From: Lingula anatina
Lineage: Eukaryota > Animalia > Brachiopoda
NCBI GenBank assembly: GCA_051362555.1
Contig: CM120641.1
Coordinates: forward strand, 15,314,001-15,378,000
Direction of reading: 5' to 3'
Length of the DNA: 64,000 nt
Shown: positions 1-14,700 of the stretch, in pieces
Numbering within the stretch: the stretch's first letter is position 1
How the letters are laid out: each line of letters opens with the position of its first letter
Translations under genes and position numbers: made by a program
The notes under the pieces: generated by a model
Database searches by the model: none
The model's input: only the letters and a program-made list of their open reading frames with translations
What the model was told of the DNA's origin: nothing

Positions 1-406
1 TGTTCATGCTGGTTGTTTCTTGTAATTGGTTTCAACAGTTCTTCTTAAGGTCTGTGAAGTAGAAATTAAATTAAAGTGGTGATTTGGTAATGTATTATTC
101 TGAGATTTAAATACCAAATGTGAAGGCTAATTTTGCAAAAAAAAGTTTGGATGATACTTCAGTGTGTCCCACTGCCTAAAACCTTTAGTCCTCTATTATT
201 AGTCCACTTTATTTCTACCAAATAAATTTAAGAGATCTCTGATGCAGTGCAAATGGATGTGCTATCTTTTCCATGGGATATGAACAGATTTAAAAGTTTT
301 ATAGAGAGATCCTTATTTATGTGTAGATAACAAAAAAGAATAATGTGTAATTTATTTTTTTAATTGATTGGTAGTGCTATAAAACATGATATCTTTGTAT
401 TTTCAG

Positions 407-3400
407 TGATCTAGAAGATGTCAACAGCGACAAGCTTCATATTGATATTTGGTAAATTGAATATTAAATCAGATAGATCTTGATGGGGAAACAGCCCTAC
501 GAAGCAAATTACATAATTGATAACGTCTGTACTTAGGGTAGAAACAATAATTACAATATAGTTAACTAAATTTTCTGTAGACATAAGAGTTTGTAGTGGA
601 CTGACCACATTATTGTAAATGCTGTTTGAAGTGTTTGCTGGAAGTCCAAAGACCATGGAAATTTCATGCACATGATCACCATTTAATGTAGATGTGGTTA
701 ACATGTGTAATGTGTGGTACATCAGTAAAGAAATTGCCATGGAATTAGCATTTTATTCATTGCCTTTTATCACTCTTTATGGTCTAGATCTAGATAACTG
801 TATATTACATCACATTGAATCAGTGAGATTTTTTTTTGACATATTTGAGATTGCATTTTTTCTGTAGAAAAAAAGAAAACTAATATCAAGATTCATTTTT
901 CATATTTTAAGGGACCACGATGATGAATCTTCAGTGTTTGAGGCAGCAAAAAAATTGAATGAAGTATCTGGCTTTAAAGGTTTTAGTCGTTTCTTCAAGC
1001 AGATTGCCCAGTCTGCCAGGGCAGGGAGTTCTGGAAATGTGGATGACTTCTTGGGATGCATATCAACCAGTCTGCATGTGAGTGACACTGTCAGTTAGGA
1101 TACCCTCAATGTGGACAAAGTTTGAAAATGAAAATGTATAGGGCATGGGCTGTTAAAGAGAAAGAAATTTCTGAGCTGCTACAAATGCTATTCACATAAG
1201 TTTTGTAAAATGTACTTAGGGCTTACATTAGGAAGTGGGTACTTTAAGTTCAACCCAATACACATGCATGAACATCCCCCCTCCCTCCCACAAGTTCAAA
1301 AATTTAGCAAGTTTAAAAATTATCCCTCACTGACGCAGTGGGCTAGATAACAGAGATGGACCCTGCAATCTTGACCACTTTGTATTCAACCAGTTTTCAA
1401 GCAGCATACAATACATATATTTCTTACTATAAATAATATACAGTACTGTGGATTTTTTAATGCAATATAATTTTTGTAGGACATTCCATCCACTGGCATA
1501 GACAAGTGGTTTTCCCTGCAAGGAAGGAAGGCCAAACGCACAGTCCAGGGGCAGATACGACTGAAATTTCACCTTGCCACGCGAGAAGATCGTGGCATTC
1601 CTGAGGAAGATAACTGGACAGACGTGCGACAACATGAAGATCTGATGGCAATTTTTATTGAACATGAAATTCAGAAATGTGATGTAAGTCCAGTTTTTAA
1701 TATACTATATACAGACAAGATGCAAGAAAACTTATGAGCCATATGTTTTTTACTAGCCCTATTATCTTTGAAAATAGTAAGATATCTGCTGGGTCTTAAT
1801 GTTTTTTAAACAACATATGAAGTGAACATATATTTGTCTTACAAATGATGCCAAAGCCAGTCAGATTTAATATTCACTTACAACATATACTCCAGAATTC
1901 TATCATAATTTTAGGAGGTGTATAAATGGGTTGGAGAACTCCCCCAGGCTGCACAGACTATCCTCCACCAGCATGCTATTCAGGGAGACATCACACCTGT
2001 ACAGCAAGCCATGTGGTGGGCATTTTTTTTTTTTTTTGGGGGGGGGGGGGGTAACTTTGGACCCCATGAAGTGGTTGGGCTCATATGAGTTACATGTACA
2101 TAGGTAGTTGACTGTAGCTAATTGCTTAAGACATTCTGATTAAGCAAAAGCAAATTGTTTTTGACAAAAAAAGTGCTTTTCCAGATGAATTATTGATGTG
2201 GTTCTATGTTTGAATTTAACTAAAATTATGGTATTGGGTACATTTTTGTTAAATCTAATCCCAGGTTAAGTGTACAAGGGGATTTAACATACTAGCTAGG
2301 GTTTATAATAAGTATGCAGTTATCAGCCTTGGTTGTGGTGCAGTCTTTTAAACTGAAAGGAACATCATCAAACTGTTTCTTACATAGATTTTTGTATTGT
2401 AGTCGCTGGCTGTCATACAGCAGAAAACACATGGAGCACCCGTTTGACTATGAATACCTTCTTCAAGTCCTTGAAGAGCTGGAAAAAAGCTGGGAACCAG
2501 GATCCCTGTCAAGAGATGAGGTATATACTGTATGTGACTAAAAAAAGGTTAACAGACCATCACAGGGTGTAACAGAATTTGATTTCTACTTGTTTCAAGA
2601 GTTTGGCAAACTTGAAATATGTATGTTTTTACTTGTTTAGAAATTGCCACCCAAATTACTTTGAACAACTTTTTTGGAACTTTGATTTTTTCCTAATTAA
2701 AATAATAAGGAGGTATGCTCCATATTGGGCTAAAATAATTCATATAATCCATTTGGTGATTTCAAAAATTTGTTCTGATACAAATTATAGAATGTCTATA
2801 TATCATTTTATCTCTTTATGTGCAGTTTTTATACAGGCACAGTTTGTACATTTGATATCTTCTCCTTCCTGTTGTTATTTATCCATTACGAATCTAAGGT
2901 GTTGGTGGTTGAGAAGTCAAAGTCTAATGCTTCTGTCTGTTGAAGTGCTTTTGGAGTCTTGTTTCTGAACTTTATAAAGATCTCTTTTGTTTTTTAAAAT
3001 GGAGGCCCACTGGATTATACCAATATCATAGCAATACAATTAAACATTTATACATTTCAGGAAGAATCTGTTGTGGAATCCTTCAACATATTTATAGAAT
3101 ACTGCCTGAATCTCATTCGCAACATGAGACACTTGTTTCCACCAACCAACAAAGCTGCATACCATAGGCTGGAGTTTGTACTGAAGTAAGTCATAACTGA
3201 CGTGTATAAGTTATATCAGCTGATTTTCGTTACTGCACTGCACTCGCTAGTCTGCCATTATTCCTGGTCCCACTCTCACCTAAATCCCAGAAAAATGCAC
3301 TAGATCTTAGATTTATTCACTAGACTTTGTGACATCTTAGCCAATACTTATTGTGAATGACAACCCATAGTGGCACATATACAGTGTAAGCTCAGAGTAT

Positions 3401-5644
3401 CCAACAGTTTGGGTGTTGTTTCCCAGAGAAGTGAGTTTCATTCAGGGATGAACTAAAAGTTAGATGAATTGGTCTATCAAAACCATATTGGGCTTTGAAC
3501 CCATTTTTGCTTTAATCTTTTACTCCTGTGGGCAATAATGTTTACCATTGCAATTTCCCAAATATAAAATGACTTATACAGTCATAATTGTACTTGAATG
3601 CTTTTGTAAAAATGAGGGTCAGTGAACAACTTGGACCTGTTAATATTGTTTTGTTTTCCAGGTGCTTGGTATATATTTATGATATGAGGTTGTTCAAGAA
3701 GTGTTGCCCTTTCCAAAAAGATTTACACTCAGAAGTTGTCCAAGTTATTAAGGTAAGCTATAGACTTTAAAAACTAAACGTGGAAATAACAGCATATGTA
3801 TACAGTGAAAAAATAAATCACTGTGAAAATGATTTGAGGAAGGACCCATCTGTACACTTTCAAAACATATATAGAACAAATTTGATTGGAATTTTATATC
3901 TTGTGTGTGCTATGCCCAGTTGTTGTTAATGTGATAAATGTATTTACCAGTTGTGCTGTATCTTTAATAAGATGTCCTCATATTTACATTATTGAGTCAT
4001 GAGTTTCAGATTTTTGTAAACGTTAATGAAACAAAAAGTAAAACAAAAGCGTGTACACATATGTGCTTGTCTCAGTAAAATTCTTTCTTTCTTTTTTTCT
4101 TTTTCCTTTCTTTCTTTGAGAAAACATCTTTGAATTCATTTTTGCTTTATTTTAGAAAGGAAACCTAGAATGGTATGAGAAGATAAATGCCCAGGTCAAA
4201 CCTATCACAAAGGTAAAAAATAAATCATGTAATTTATGGCACATCAATTACTGCTGTCCTGTTCTCTTTCAAAGCAAAATATACATTCATAGATGAAATG
4301 CCAAGCATTAATTAGCAGATACCACTGCATGTTGTACCACCAAAGCAACGTTAATTTGGTTAGTTAGTTTTGTTCATCGTTTCTGTTCACATATGATTAA
4401 TGTTGCTTTAATTGGTGTATACTAAAGCGTATTTTATGTCTTTTTAGACACTCCTGTTAATTTGCAACTTTTGCATACCTGTTTCTAGTAACCTGCTACT
4501 TTTAGCACATACATCATAGCACTCAATTTGTAAAGTTGCACACTTACATAGCAGATAGCTTTAGAGATATGTTACCAAAGCAGTTTTTGTTTTACATATT
4601 CATTATACTCATAGCATTATCGTAGTAGCTTTGTAGAGAAAATTAGTGTTGTTATTAACCTAAGGGTAAACAGGTACTGTAGTGTTTGTAGTCTTTTTTT
4701 GTGAAATGTTTGATTGCATGCAACATAAATATTTAATGTGTGCATTGCATGTGATGATTAATGACATCATTACCAGTAGTTTGAAATGAAAGTGGTAAAT
4801 TGGCACAAGAATATCTTTCCCATTAACTGTTCTTTTCTATTCATCCTGTTTCCTTATTAATTTTTAGTACAAAGTAGAAACTTTTATTGAGCACCATATG
4901 TAGGTTTCTAAGTTAGAACTGTGCCTGTGTGACTGATCTCTTGCCTTAATTGCTTTTTGCCTTACATGTAGCTCATGGATGATGTGACCACAATTGGAGA
5001 GTTACCAGAGGATTATGAGGTATATGTGTGCACTAAGGGAATCAGCTGCAGCTTATATTGCACATTGATTTTTTGTTCTGTTTGCCTTTATTGTCTTTAT
5101 GTTCTGCAAAACCCATGCAGTTGCCAATTGTCTAGATTATGCAAGACAATTATTTGAATCGATCAAACTTCCAACATCCTGCATTGGTTCCTTAGAGTCT
5201 TGTTTTTCTGAGAAAAAAATCTGAAATGACTAAACTAAACTTTGGTTGTTGGCAACTATCAATACGATAGTGAAAGTTTGTTTGTTTGTTTGTTTTTTTT
5301 TTCAGAGGTATATTTTAGGTACAGATATCACAGGGACAAATATTTTAGTCTAAAGTGGGGTTTTCTTCAACAAAATTCTGAACTTCACTTGCAGTAACTT
5401 GAACACTGCAGTAACTTGCATATTATATCAGATTCTATCAAATCCATTGCCAGAATGCTGAAAACATTTGCCCATTGGCATATTATATATCTGCCATGTC
5501 AGTTGTCTAATTAAGATTTTCCTTTGTCTATGTGTTTTGTAAATGTCTGGGTCTTACTAAAGGTGTCTGATATAAACTATTTTATTTGTTTCATACCTAG
5601 TGATACTGGGTGTGGATATTTATGTCTGTCCTTTCCTTGGGTAT

Positions 5645-5701
<57 letters not shown>

Positions 5702-8700
5702 GATTTTTGGGAGAATATTGCAGCGTGATTTGAATAAATACTTTTATTTAAAAGCAAAATAATGATTCTTTCATCCTTGATTAAAACTTGTTCTTAGTAG
5801 ACATGATTCATGCATTTCATGGATTTTACTGTTTAATGCACTTGTGATTAATCCTTTTTTCATATCTATGTTATCACCAAAAAAAGCAAATGTAAACATT
5901 TTAAAGGAAAATAAAAATATTTTTTACTTATAAGGAACAAAATAATAGTTTCTTAATCTTTTTGTGTACAAGGCTGTGGGTTCTACTTTTTGCCATCACT
6001 AATTAAGAACTGCATTTTCACAGCTGGCACTGTTAATGTTGCCAAACATGGCCTATTTGCTTGAATTATGAATTTGGGTATATGCTTATGTCAAAACCTT
6101 TAAGTCAAGGTTGGGTTTGATATTTTTTCTTCTGTCTGATTTGTCTTTTTTTTTAAACATAATATGCACTCAAAATATGTATATTTGATCTCTGTATCTT
6201 TATAAAACATGCTTTGAGGTAGCCTTTTATCAGATTTTTCAGTTCAGAGATTTACTCCGCAGTTGGCTGTTGCCCCCCCCCCCCCCCAAAAAAAAACACT
6301 TTGCAGTTATCTGAACTGAAAATCTATTTTTTAAAAATTGATCTTTACATTTTCATATGATGATCCAGAGAATCGAATTTGTTTTGTTTCTTCCATGACT
6401 TTTTCTTCAGGTGTTGTTATTCAGTGATTTAGCTTTTGTGAATATTGTATTTTTCAATAGATAACAAGGTCTGTTTTAGCTTCATATGGTGAACTTTAAG
6501 ATCAAATTTTATTTCGGTCATGGTTGTAGTATTTGCACCAGTCTTTGTATTGTGTTCATATTCTTATCACATTTTAAATTGTATAACAAAGCCCTACACT
6601 TAGGTCACATGGCTTAACCTAAGTTTGTTTTTTTTTTATCATTCAGTTTAGTATATATATAAACATGCTAGCTAAAAGCTTTTGTAATATAATACTGTGA
6701 ACCCTTCATGCATTTCACAGTGAAATTTTGCTGCCTCGTATTAACCAATTCCTATTTCCTTGTGGCATGGAGTGCAACATACATATTTTATCGCAGGCTA
6801 TGGAAATCGATAACAAGCTCTGCTACACATAAATACATTGTATGGGCACCAACATTTACAGGCAATACGAACAAATGTTGGAGTCTAAAAATGAAATAGG
6901 AATACAACAGTGATGCCCGTATTACATCTGCTAATTTATGCTTAATTTCAGAGTGAGGAAGAAACCATCAATAGCTTAGTAGAACTTGTTAACATCATCA
7001 ACATTGATGCTCACAAAGCCAAGCATTACTATCACCCTCTGTTTCAAAGGTAAGGAAAATATCTAATAACAACTATCAGTATACAAATTAACAAACTGAA
7101 CATGAGCAATTAATAACTTTTTGAAACTTAATACTATAACATTAAGTGTGCATTGTCATTTTTAAGCTGCAGGCAAATTGACATATACTCACTCATAGAA
7201 TATACCTGGGTCTCTTATTTCTTATATTATTGAGTACTTTATTTTAAAGCAGGCAGTGGTTCAGAAACATAGTTTTAGACATACATGTATCAGTATAGTG
7301 CCATCTTTGAACTCATGCATTATTTAATTTGAAACTTCCAATATTTTTACTTCTCATTTTATTTAAGCATTGTCAAGGTCAATTATTTCCCAAGCAGTTA
7401 CAAACAAATTGAGAAGCTGGTAAGTAGTAGCATGATTTGACCTATCTAATGGATTGTGTGATACATGTAGAAAAAGGGGGAGAGGGGAAGGAAGCTTCAG
7501 ATTTTTATTCTAACAGAGGGCACACTCTGCTGTGGTGAATCAAGATCATGTGACAGGATCAAAACAAATACTAAATTACTTTGGTCTCTTTTTATTTTTA
7601 TTAATTAATTATTTAATTAATGAATTTATTCATTTATTGCACCAAAAAGTATCAGGCAACCTTTTTCTAGTGTTTGCCATTTGCATACGAATGCATTTAT
7701 AGCCTAATATATTCTTCATGTCCCAGAAATGACTATAACAAGCACCATTATGTTTTAAAGAAAGTCTCTCAGTACTTAATTGTATTAATTGGTGAACATA
7801 TGTATGTACTGCCAAACTGGTGTTATAAGGACAATGTTACCAATAAGTAAAAGATCAATGTTGAGTGTCTATGGCAGTGGTGTAGTTGATTGCTGTTGTT
7901 CCCCCCAGCTTGCTGATGATGCCGGTGCTATCTTGGAGGAGGAGGTCAGTTAGAGAATGTGTCTGGGGTGAACCATTTTTGCTTTTATGCCAAGAGCATC
8001 TGCAGGCATACAGCATAGCATTTCTATATATATACACAGTTTTTTTTTTTTGGTTGGTCTTGTTGAGAAGGTTTTTGAAGGCTTGTGAGTCTGCAGTTGC
8101 ACCTGTACACCTGAACAGTTTATTTCATCAAACTTTTTTATTTATAAATGTATTCATGCATCTTTCCTCTTTGTCAATAATAGGGAATTTTGATATTCAC
8201 TGATATATATAAAAAAGAAAGAGTATGTTGATTCATAACTGGAAAGTTAATGAAAAGGAGTGTAAATCACACTATTCAGTATGATAACTGCAAGATATCT
8301 GTTTGTTTTGTGAACTAAGTAAGGTGAAATAAAAGCAAAAATGGTTTGCAATATAATTCATGAATGACTTTGCTTAGTTATGGGTTTACTCAGTTGTGTT
8401 ATATATTTGCATGTATTTGCTTTTATTAACAAAGTTTTGCATGTCTTTGCTGCACTTAACATATGAATTAATTCACAAGATTCATTCAATCCACTTTGTA
8501 CAGTAAATCTCAGATATGATACAATCTCTTGTCCCTTTACCACAGATCCTGTGTAAGATCCCCATTTAGGCTCAAATAACATGGTTTATGGATATGCACT
8601 CTCAAGAACTCAATACCAAAATGTTTTACCAAATTAGCTGAAATTGCAATAAACAGTATACCTATATTGCTTGTTAGCAAGCTTTAAAGGAATTTATATT

Positions 8701-11700
8701 TCAGCTTTTCACAATAGATGTTGACTATAGATGTTCTTAGCTTAATAAGAAATTGAACATGTGCTGTTTGCTTCCCACTTTAAATGCATTATATAGTTTT
8801 CATTGTATTTGGGATTTTTTAAAATATTATAATTTCTTTTCCTAACAAATTTTGATAATGTATGGATGCTGATGACTGAAAAGACAAACAGAATTATGCA
8901 TATTTATTACTAGGTGCTATACTGATACTTAATGTGTACTATTAATGTGTACTATATACTTCTTTTATAATTGCATGGGTTGGATTAATCTTTTTCAAAG
9001 TACCACTTTGTACTCATATTTTCTTTCTTTTTTTTTTTTTTTTTGTTTTACACTCTCTGATATTTTGTTATCATAATAGTAAAATTCACCATTACAAAGA
9101 TGATGGGATTCTTTAGTATATTTGAAAAGCATCAAAGATGATAAAAATGTAAATTATTTTAAAACAGAACTGTCATTCTGTCCAATCATCAAAGGGAGTT
9201 GGTGACATGACTGACTCATCAGTGTGAGCTCCTGTGGGAGATATACTCATCCCTTATAGGTAGAAAATCAAATATCATCATTATACAAAAGATAATGGCA
9301 AAATCTATTTTACAATTATCAATGTTCATGTCAGTTGCTACAACATGATGCCATTTTAACCTGATGTCACTGTTCATGATGTTGGTCATAGATGATTGTA
9401 TATTAATTCAAGTGTTTCTCAGTTGTAATGTTGAAATCACTGTCTTGTTGCTTGTTCAGTGTTGCAGCATGTAACACTTATGCGACTATCAAGTAGCACT
9501 TTGTATGGAATTTGTGTAAAGTTTCGTATATATAGACCACAGATATAGGCCTACTGTGTTACACTCCCAACCCATAAGACATTGGAAATAAAGACCTCTT
9601 TTTTCCATTCCAGCTTGCAGATGGTGAGGCAGGAGCTGAGATGAGAGAAGTCAGCAAGCACCAGTCTGTGCTGAGTTCTCCAAAGCCCAAGGAGCTGGGC
9701 ACCACTCTGTTTGAGCTGTACCTGGCTCTCAAGGAGTTCTACCATTACAAGGATCAGTTATCACACAGGTAAGTGTTTCATGGTATTGAAAAAATTCAAA
9801 ATGCATTGCAGTAACAGTGATTGGGAGAGGGGAACCATGATTGACAGCAATTCTTAAATGTCACTCTACGTTATCTATATGTTGTTTCAACTTGCTTGAT
9901 GGGTCTTACTGGTAGATGATATCAAGAATGGTGGTTGATACTCTTTAGTTTTACAAAACCTGTGTAGAACTATGATGATGATTTGTTTTCAAATTGTTAG
10001 TCGTGTGCATGTTTGAGCTGATGAGAATGTACATTCTTTTTCTGGAAAGATTCCATGTTCAAGATAATATCAATTTTCCATGTGTAATTTGTACAGTTAT
10101 TACTGGTATACATGCACCCCCTATATTTGTACCTCATTTACATCCTTACTGGTCTTATGTGTGAGATAGTACCCACAGTCTCTCTCTCTCTCTCTCTCAT
10201 GCAGTTGCATACACATACATACACACATGCAAGTATACACACACACAAACACGCACACATACACATCTTTGTATATTCTATTGAATTTCAGTGATCGCAA
10301 AGCTCTCACCATGCTGAACTATCATGAATGGTTCAAGGGTACTCTGACTGCATGGTTCTCACTGGCCACACAGAAACTGATGAACAGGACACATAAAGCT
10401 GTGGAGCTGGACAAGGTAGGGATGAGGGGTTTATGTTGAGTTACACTGTAGGAACAAGAGAGTTTTTCCATCGAAGGCATTTATTGCTTACATTGATTGT
10501 CTATTATAATGAGAAAAAAACAAGGAAAAGCATGGGAAGAGAGAATGGTAACTTTTAATTTCTTAATGATGATATTGTTACTTATGTACAGTCCAGTTGA
10601 AATGTGTTTCTTTGAGTGCGCATGTGTGAAATTGTGCACACAGCCATAGATATTGACTGCACTCCTAGAACAGTCCAAAGCTTGCATGCTGATGACTGAA
10701 TTTTATTTGCACTGTCATGTATTTTGCTATTATGAATATTGATTTTGACATATTTTTATCAGTATTTATTTCACTGTGGTAGCATGTACATGCAGTTTGT
10801 GTCACAAACACAAAAGTAGACGTTGCCAAAAAATTTTCTCATGTTATGTAATGAAGAAACATTTGGGATGCAGCATATAAGATTATGCAATCTATATAAG
10901 AGGTTTGCTTAAGATATAAGACCCCTGACAAAACGTGAGATAGTTTAACAACTGAACTTGGAAACTCTTTCCTGTTTTTTTATCACAACACTGGCCATTT
11001 ACATATAAATAGTTGTCTCATCTGGCACATTCAGTGTGTCAAATGGCGTTGTACTTAGCTACCTTGTGAATTAAATTATTTTAAGATGCTTAAAATGTAT
11101 ATTTTATAATATATCATATTGTGTTTGTGCCTGATTCTTAACTTGACTGCATATTTTAAAACTCAAAATTTTCTATAGCTTGGTTGCACTTGTAATACAT
11201 TTTGTAATATATCAGTTACTGAAGTGCAGTGTTTGTATATTATTCCCTGTACTTGTACTTGCAATGCACTTGCACAGGAATTGGAAAAGGTATGCTTTTA
11301 TCGATGATGTGAAGAAAATTGCTTTTAAAATATTCCTGTATAAATTTTATTTCTTAAACAACAGGCCATTATCCACCACAATTTATGTCTGGAAGCTTAA
11401 AGGCAGTTTTCTCATTTAGTGGGACACAGTTTACGATCGATTTGCATGCCATCAAGGATGCATATGTATTACCAATTTCAGACCCCTTACTTATAGATAC
11501 CATCGATCAGTCTACGTGAATCGACCCAACTCTGTGTGGACTCTCTTCAAGTGCAATCAGCTTAACTGAATGACACACCTCCTCTTGTTTCATATGTACT
11601 GGTACAGTCACCATGTTTTCTGCATGCTACTAAAGGCCAGGAAGAGGTGTGTTCATCTGTTACACTGATTGCACTCAGTGAAAGTCCCTGCAAATTGGGT

Positions 11701-14700
11701 CAATCCATGTGGACCAATGGCGTCTATGGGAATGGGGCCTAATACATTCTTGATGCTATGTATTACCATGCTGTGTATAAGGGTTGTGGATACTTGCATT
11801 CAGTGGAAGTAAATGTATCATTAGTGCATGAGATACAGTCCTGTACAAGTTACTTAATCTGTCACATAAAAAGTCATTGGAAAGTAGGCAAGGAAATCTT
11901 TTAGTGAACTGTCTGACTGAAGCCAGTCTAGTATATACTTGCTGGTACTTTGATGTCTGTATTACTCAATATTTGATGAGGATCAAGCTTATTTTTGTAT
12001 TTGTTGTGTTGTTTTAAGAAAAATTAATTGGTGTACTGGCACTTGTAATGTGACCTTATATGATACAATGTATGCTTTGCTGAGTGCCATTAATAAAACC
12101 CAACATACACCAATATTTCAAGAGTGATCCTCATCAAAATTTATGCAGGTAGTAAAAATAAATTCAATTCCAGGGGTCTGTTTCCACCTCAGCATCTGTT
12201 TCTGTAGGTGCATGAATAAAAATTTAATTCCCTGTCTACATGTACCTTTATGCCTGCCTTGATATATAATATGTATGCATATATTATATATATATATATT
12301 TATATATAATATACATATGTATGCATATATCATATATTATGAACAGCATTTCCCATTTCCCATGTTGTCTTACTTAATGGCAGCCTATATTCCAGCTTCA
12401 TGGCATATTTACCTATATATGTGAATCATCAGCTGTCATCACTGGCAAACTGTGTTAATGTATTCCATTCTTAGTGCTTTAGATTTAAGTACCTTAGGGA
12501 GCATTCCCAGACCCTATCGTACTAACTGTGGATCAATCTATCTCAGAGGGGATTCTCACTAAATTGCTATCAACTTAAGGAGCTTAAATGTCTGTCACGC
12601 CCACTGAAGTTGCTAGGGGGTAATTAACTATTGTTGAGCAGCTTCAGTAGGTGTGCCAGACGTTAAACCACTTAAGCTGAAAGCAATTTAATGAGAAACC
12701 CCTTAGAGATGGACCGATCCTGTTAGATCGATCTAGGGATGGGAACCTACTCTTAGTGAAAGGAGAATGAATGAATGAATGTATTGAAAGATTTTTATAC
12801 TTCTCATTATGAAAAAAAAATTATCATGTAATAATTCCTTGTGAGTTATCCAGTGCATGAATGTCTTAGGTCATTTGAATTTTTTCTCAGTAGTTTTTAA
12901 ACAAGCCCAGTCTGTGTTGTTTACGCCTCATGTGCATGGAGTACTTGTTTAAGGAACTTGTCATCCTATACGCTTTTAGATGCTTTTTGCCTGATTAGCT
13001 GCATTTGCATGCAGGGTTATTTTAGAACTGCAATTCAACATATAAAACCAAGTTATTTGACTCATAAAACAAAATCGATTCATTCATCCAGTTTTATATT
13101 AGAATACTTCCTCTCATAATTCTTTCATTATGGTGAATTTTCTTGGAATTGATATGACACTGAATAAGCTGGTCAGTCAATTTCTGCTTAAGATAGTCCT
13201 TTGCTTAAATGCAGCTGTACTGTAGCATGGAGTGGAATAGCTGGAGATTATCTAGGGCTTTGGGATATTAATGCATTAAATAAAGGATAATTTAAGGGAA
13301 AGAGTTGCTAGTGGAAAATCTTGCTCATATTTTCTTTTCTTTTGTTCCAATGCCCACTGTCAGTTTCACCTTATGTAGTCATTCATCTTGCTGTATTCAT
13401 ATGTTTTGAAGTCCTTTGAATAATAATTAAAAAGAAATATATTACCTTCTCTTGCTGTTATATTTTAAATTTCCTTTGATTTACATTGTATTTACCAGTT
13501 CTTTCATTTACAACATTCCATATTTAAGGTGCAATCAGTGACAAAATCTGCTTTGTATTTTGATGCAAAAAATTGCCTTTATACCTTTAATGGGTTCAGT
13601 TATTGTGTATATCACAATAAGGGTTACAAATGAAAACTTATTATATGGCAGCTGCATTGTGTCTGCCCTGTGTTTTATGCCATAAATTATGGCCCAGAGA
13701 CCAGCATGCACTTTAAATATATATGTATAGTTGTCAGTAGTTTCCAATTATCTTAGCTAGATGAGTCTGCTATAGGCATGGAAATATACACAGATACCCA
13801 TTATATAGTTGATTGAATTGGCATTCAGGTCATAATTATAACAGTGCTTTTTATCTTCAACTCATCATGCACATACGGGAGGATATGATACTGAATTGAT
13901 GAAAATGAGTACCTGTTTTTCTCACTAGGTGGAAGCAGTTGATCCCCTAATTAAACACAGCACTTCAGCCGTGGATGTTTGTTGCTGTTTTCTACAGGTA
14001 TGTAGGCCAAAAAAAATTTTTGTAATAAGAAAGAAACAGATTTTAATTGAGTCTACATAAAATTTGTTCACCAAAATTTCTCATTTGTTGAATTTACTGT
14101 TATCAGATTGTTAGCTCTGAGTTCACAAATTAAACAAGATTTACCAGAAAAGTTTGAAACAAGTGATGTTACAATTCTGCTTATATTGAGTTCAAGATCA
14201 ACATGAATGATGTAATTTTTCATCAAGAAATGTGTAATTTTAATTTGAACTGTATGTTGGTTCTGCTTGATATTTTTTATGTTTACTGCATTACTACTAC
14301 TACTACTAATAATAATAATAATAATAATTGTAAATAAGAAGAAATTGTAAAACTTTTATTCTTCAGATGGTAGAGTTCTGGAAATGCCTTTCTTGGCCAG
14401 ATGTTGCGGGGTCCTATACATTTGTCACCATGCTGACTGACGTGAGTACATGTGACACATGTGACAGTGTGCTGTGCAGTGTGACAGTTATTGGGGGTAA
14501 AGCTTTGGTGTATTCAGAGCTGTAGTTTTGTTTCTTTAATTTCTTTACTGAATATGTTTTAGAGTAAACCAGGAATATAGTGACATTAAGTGTATATGTG
14601 ATTGTTTTTATTTTAATTCTTGTTGAATGATAGTTAATTAATGGTAATTATTAAACAAAGAATGCACAGTTTTGAGGGAACTATGGAGAATAGTGTCAGT

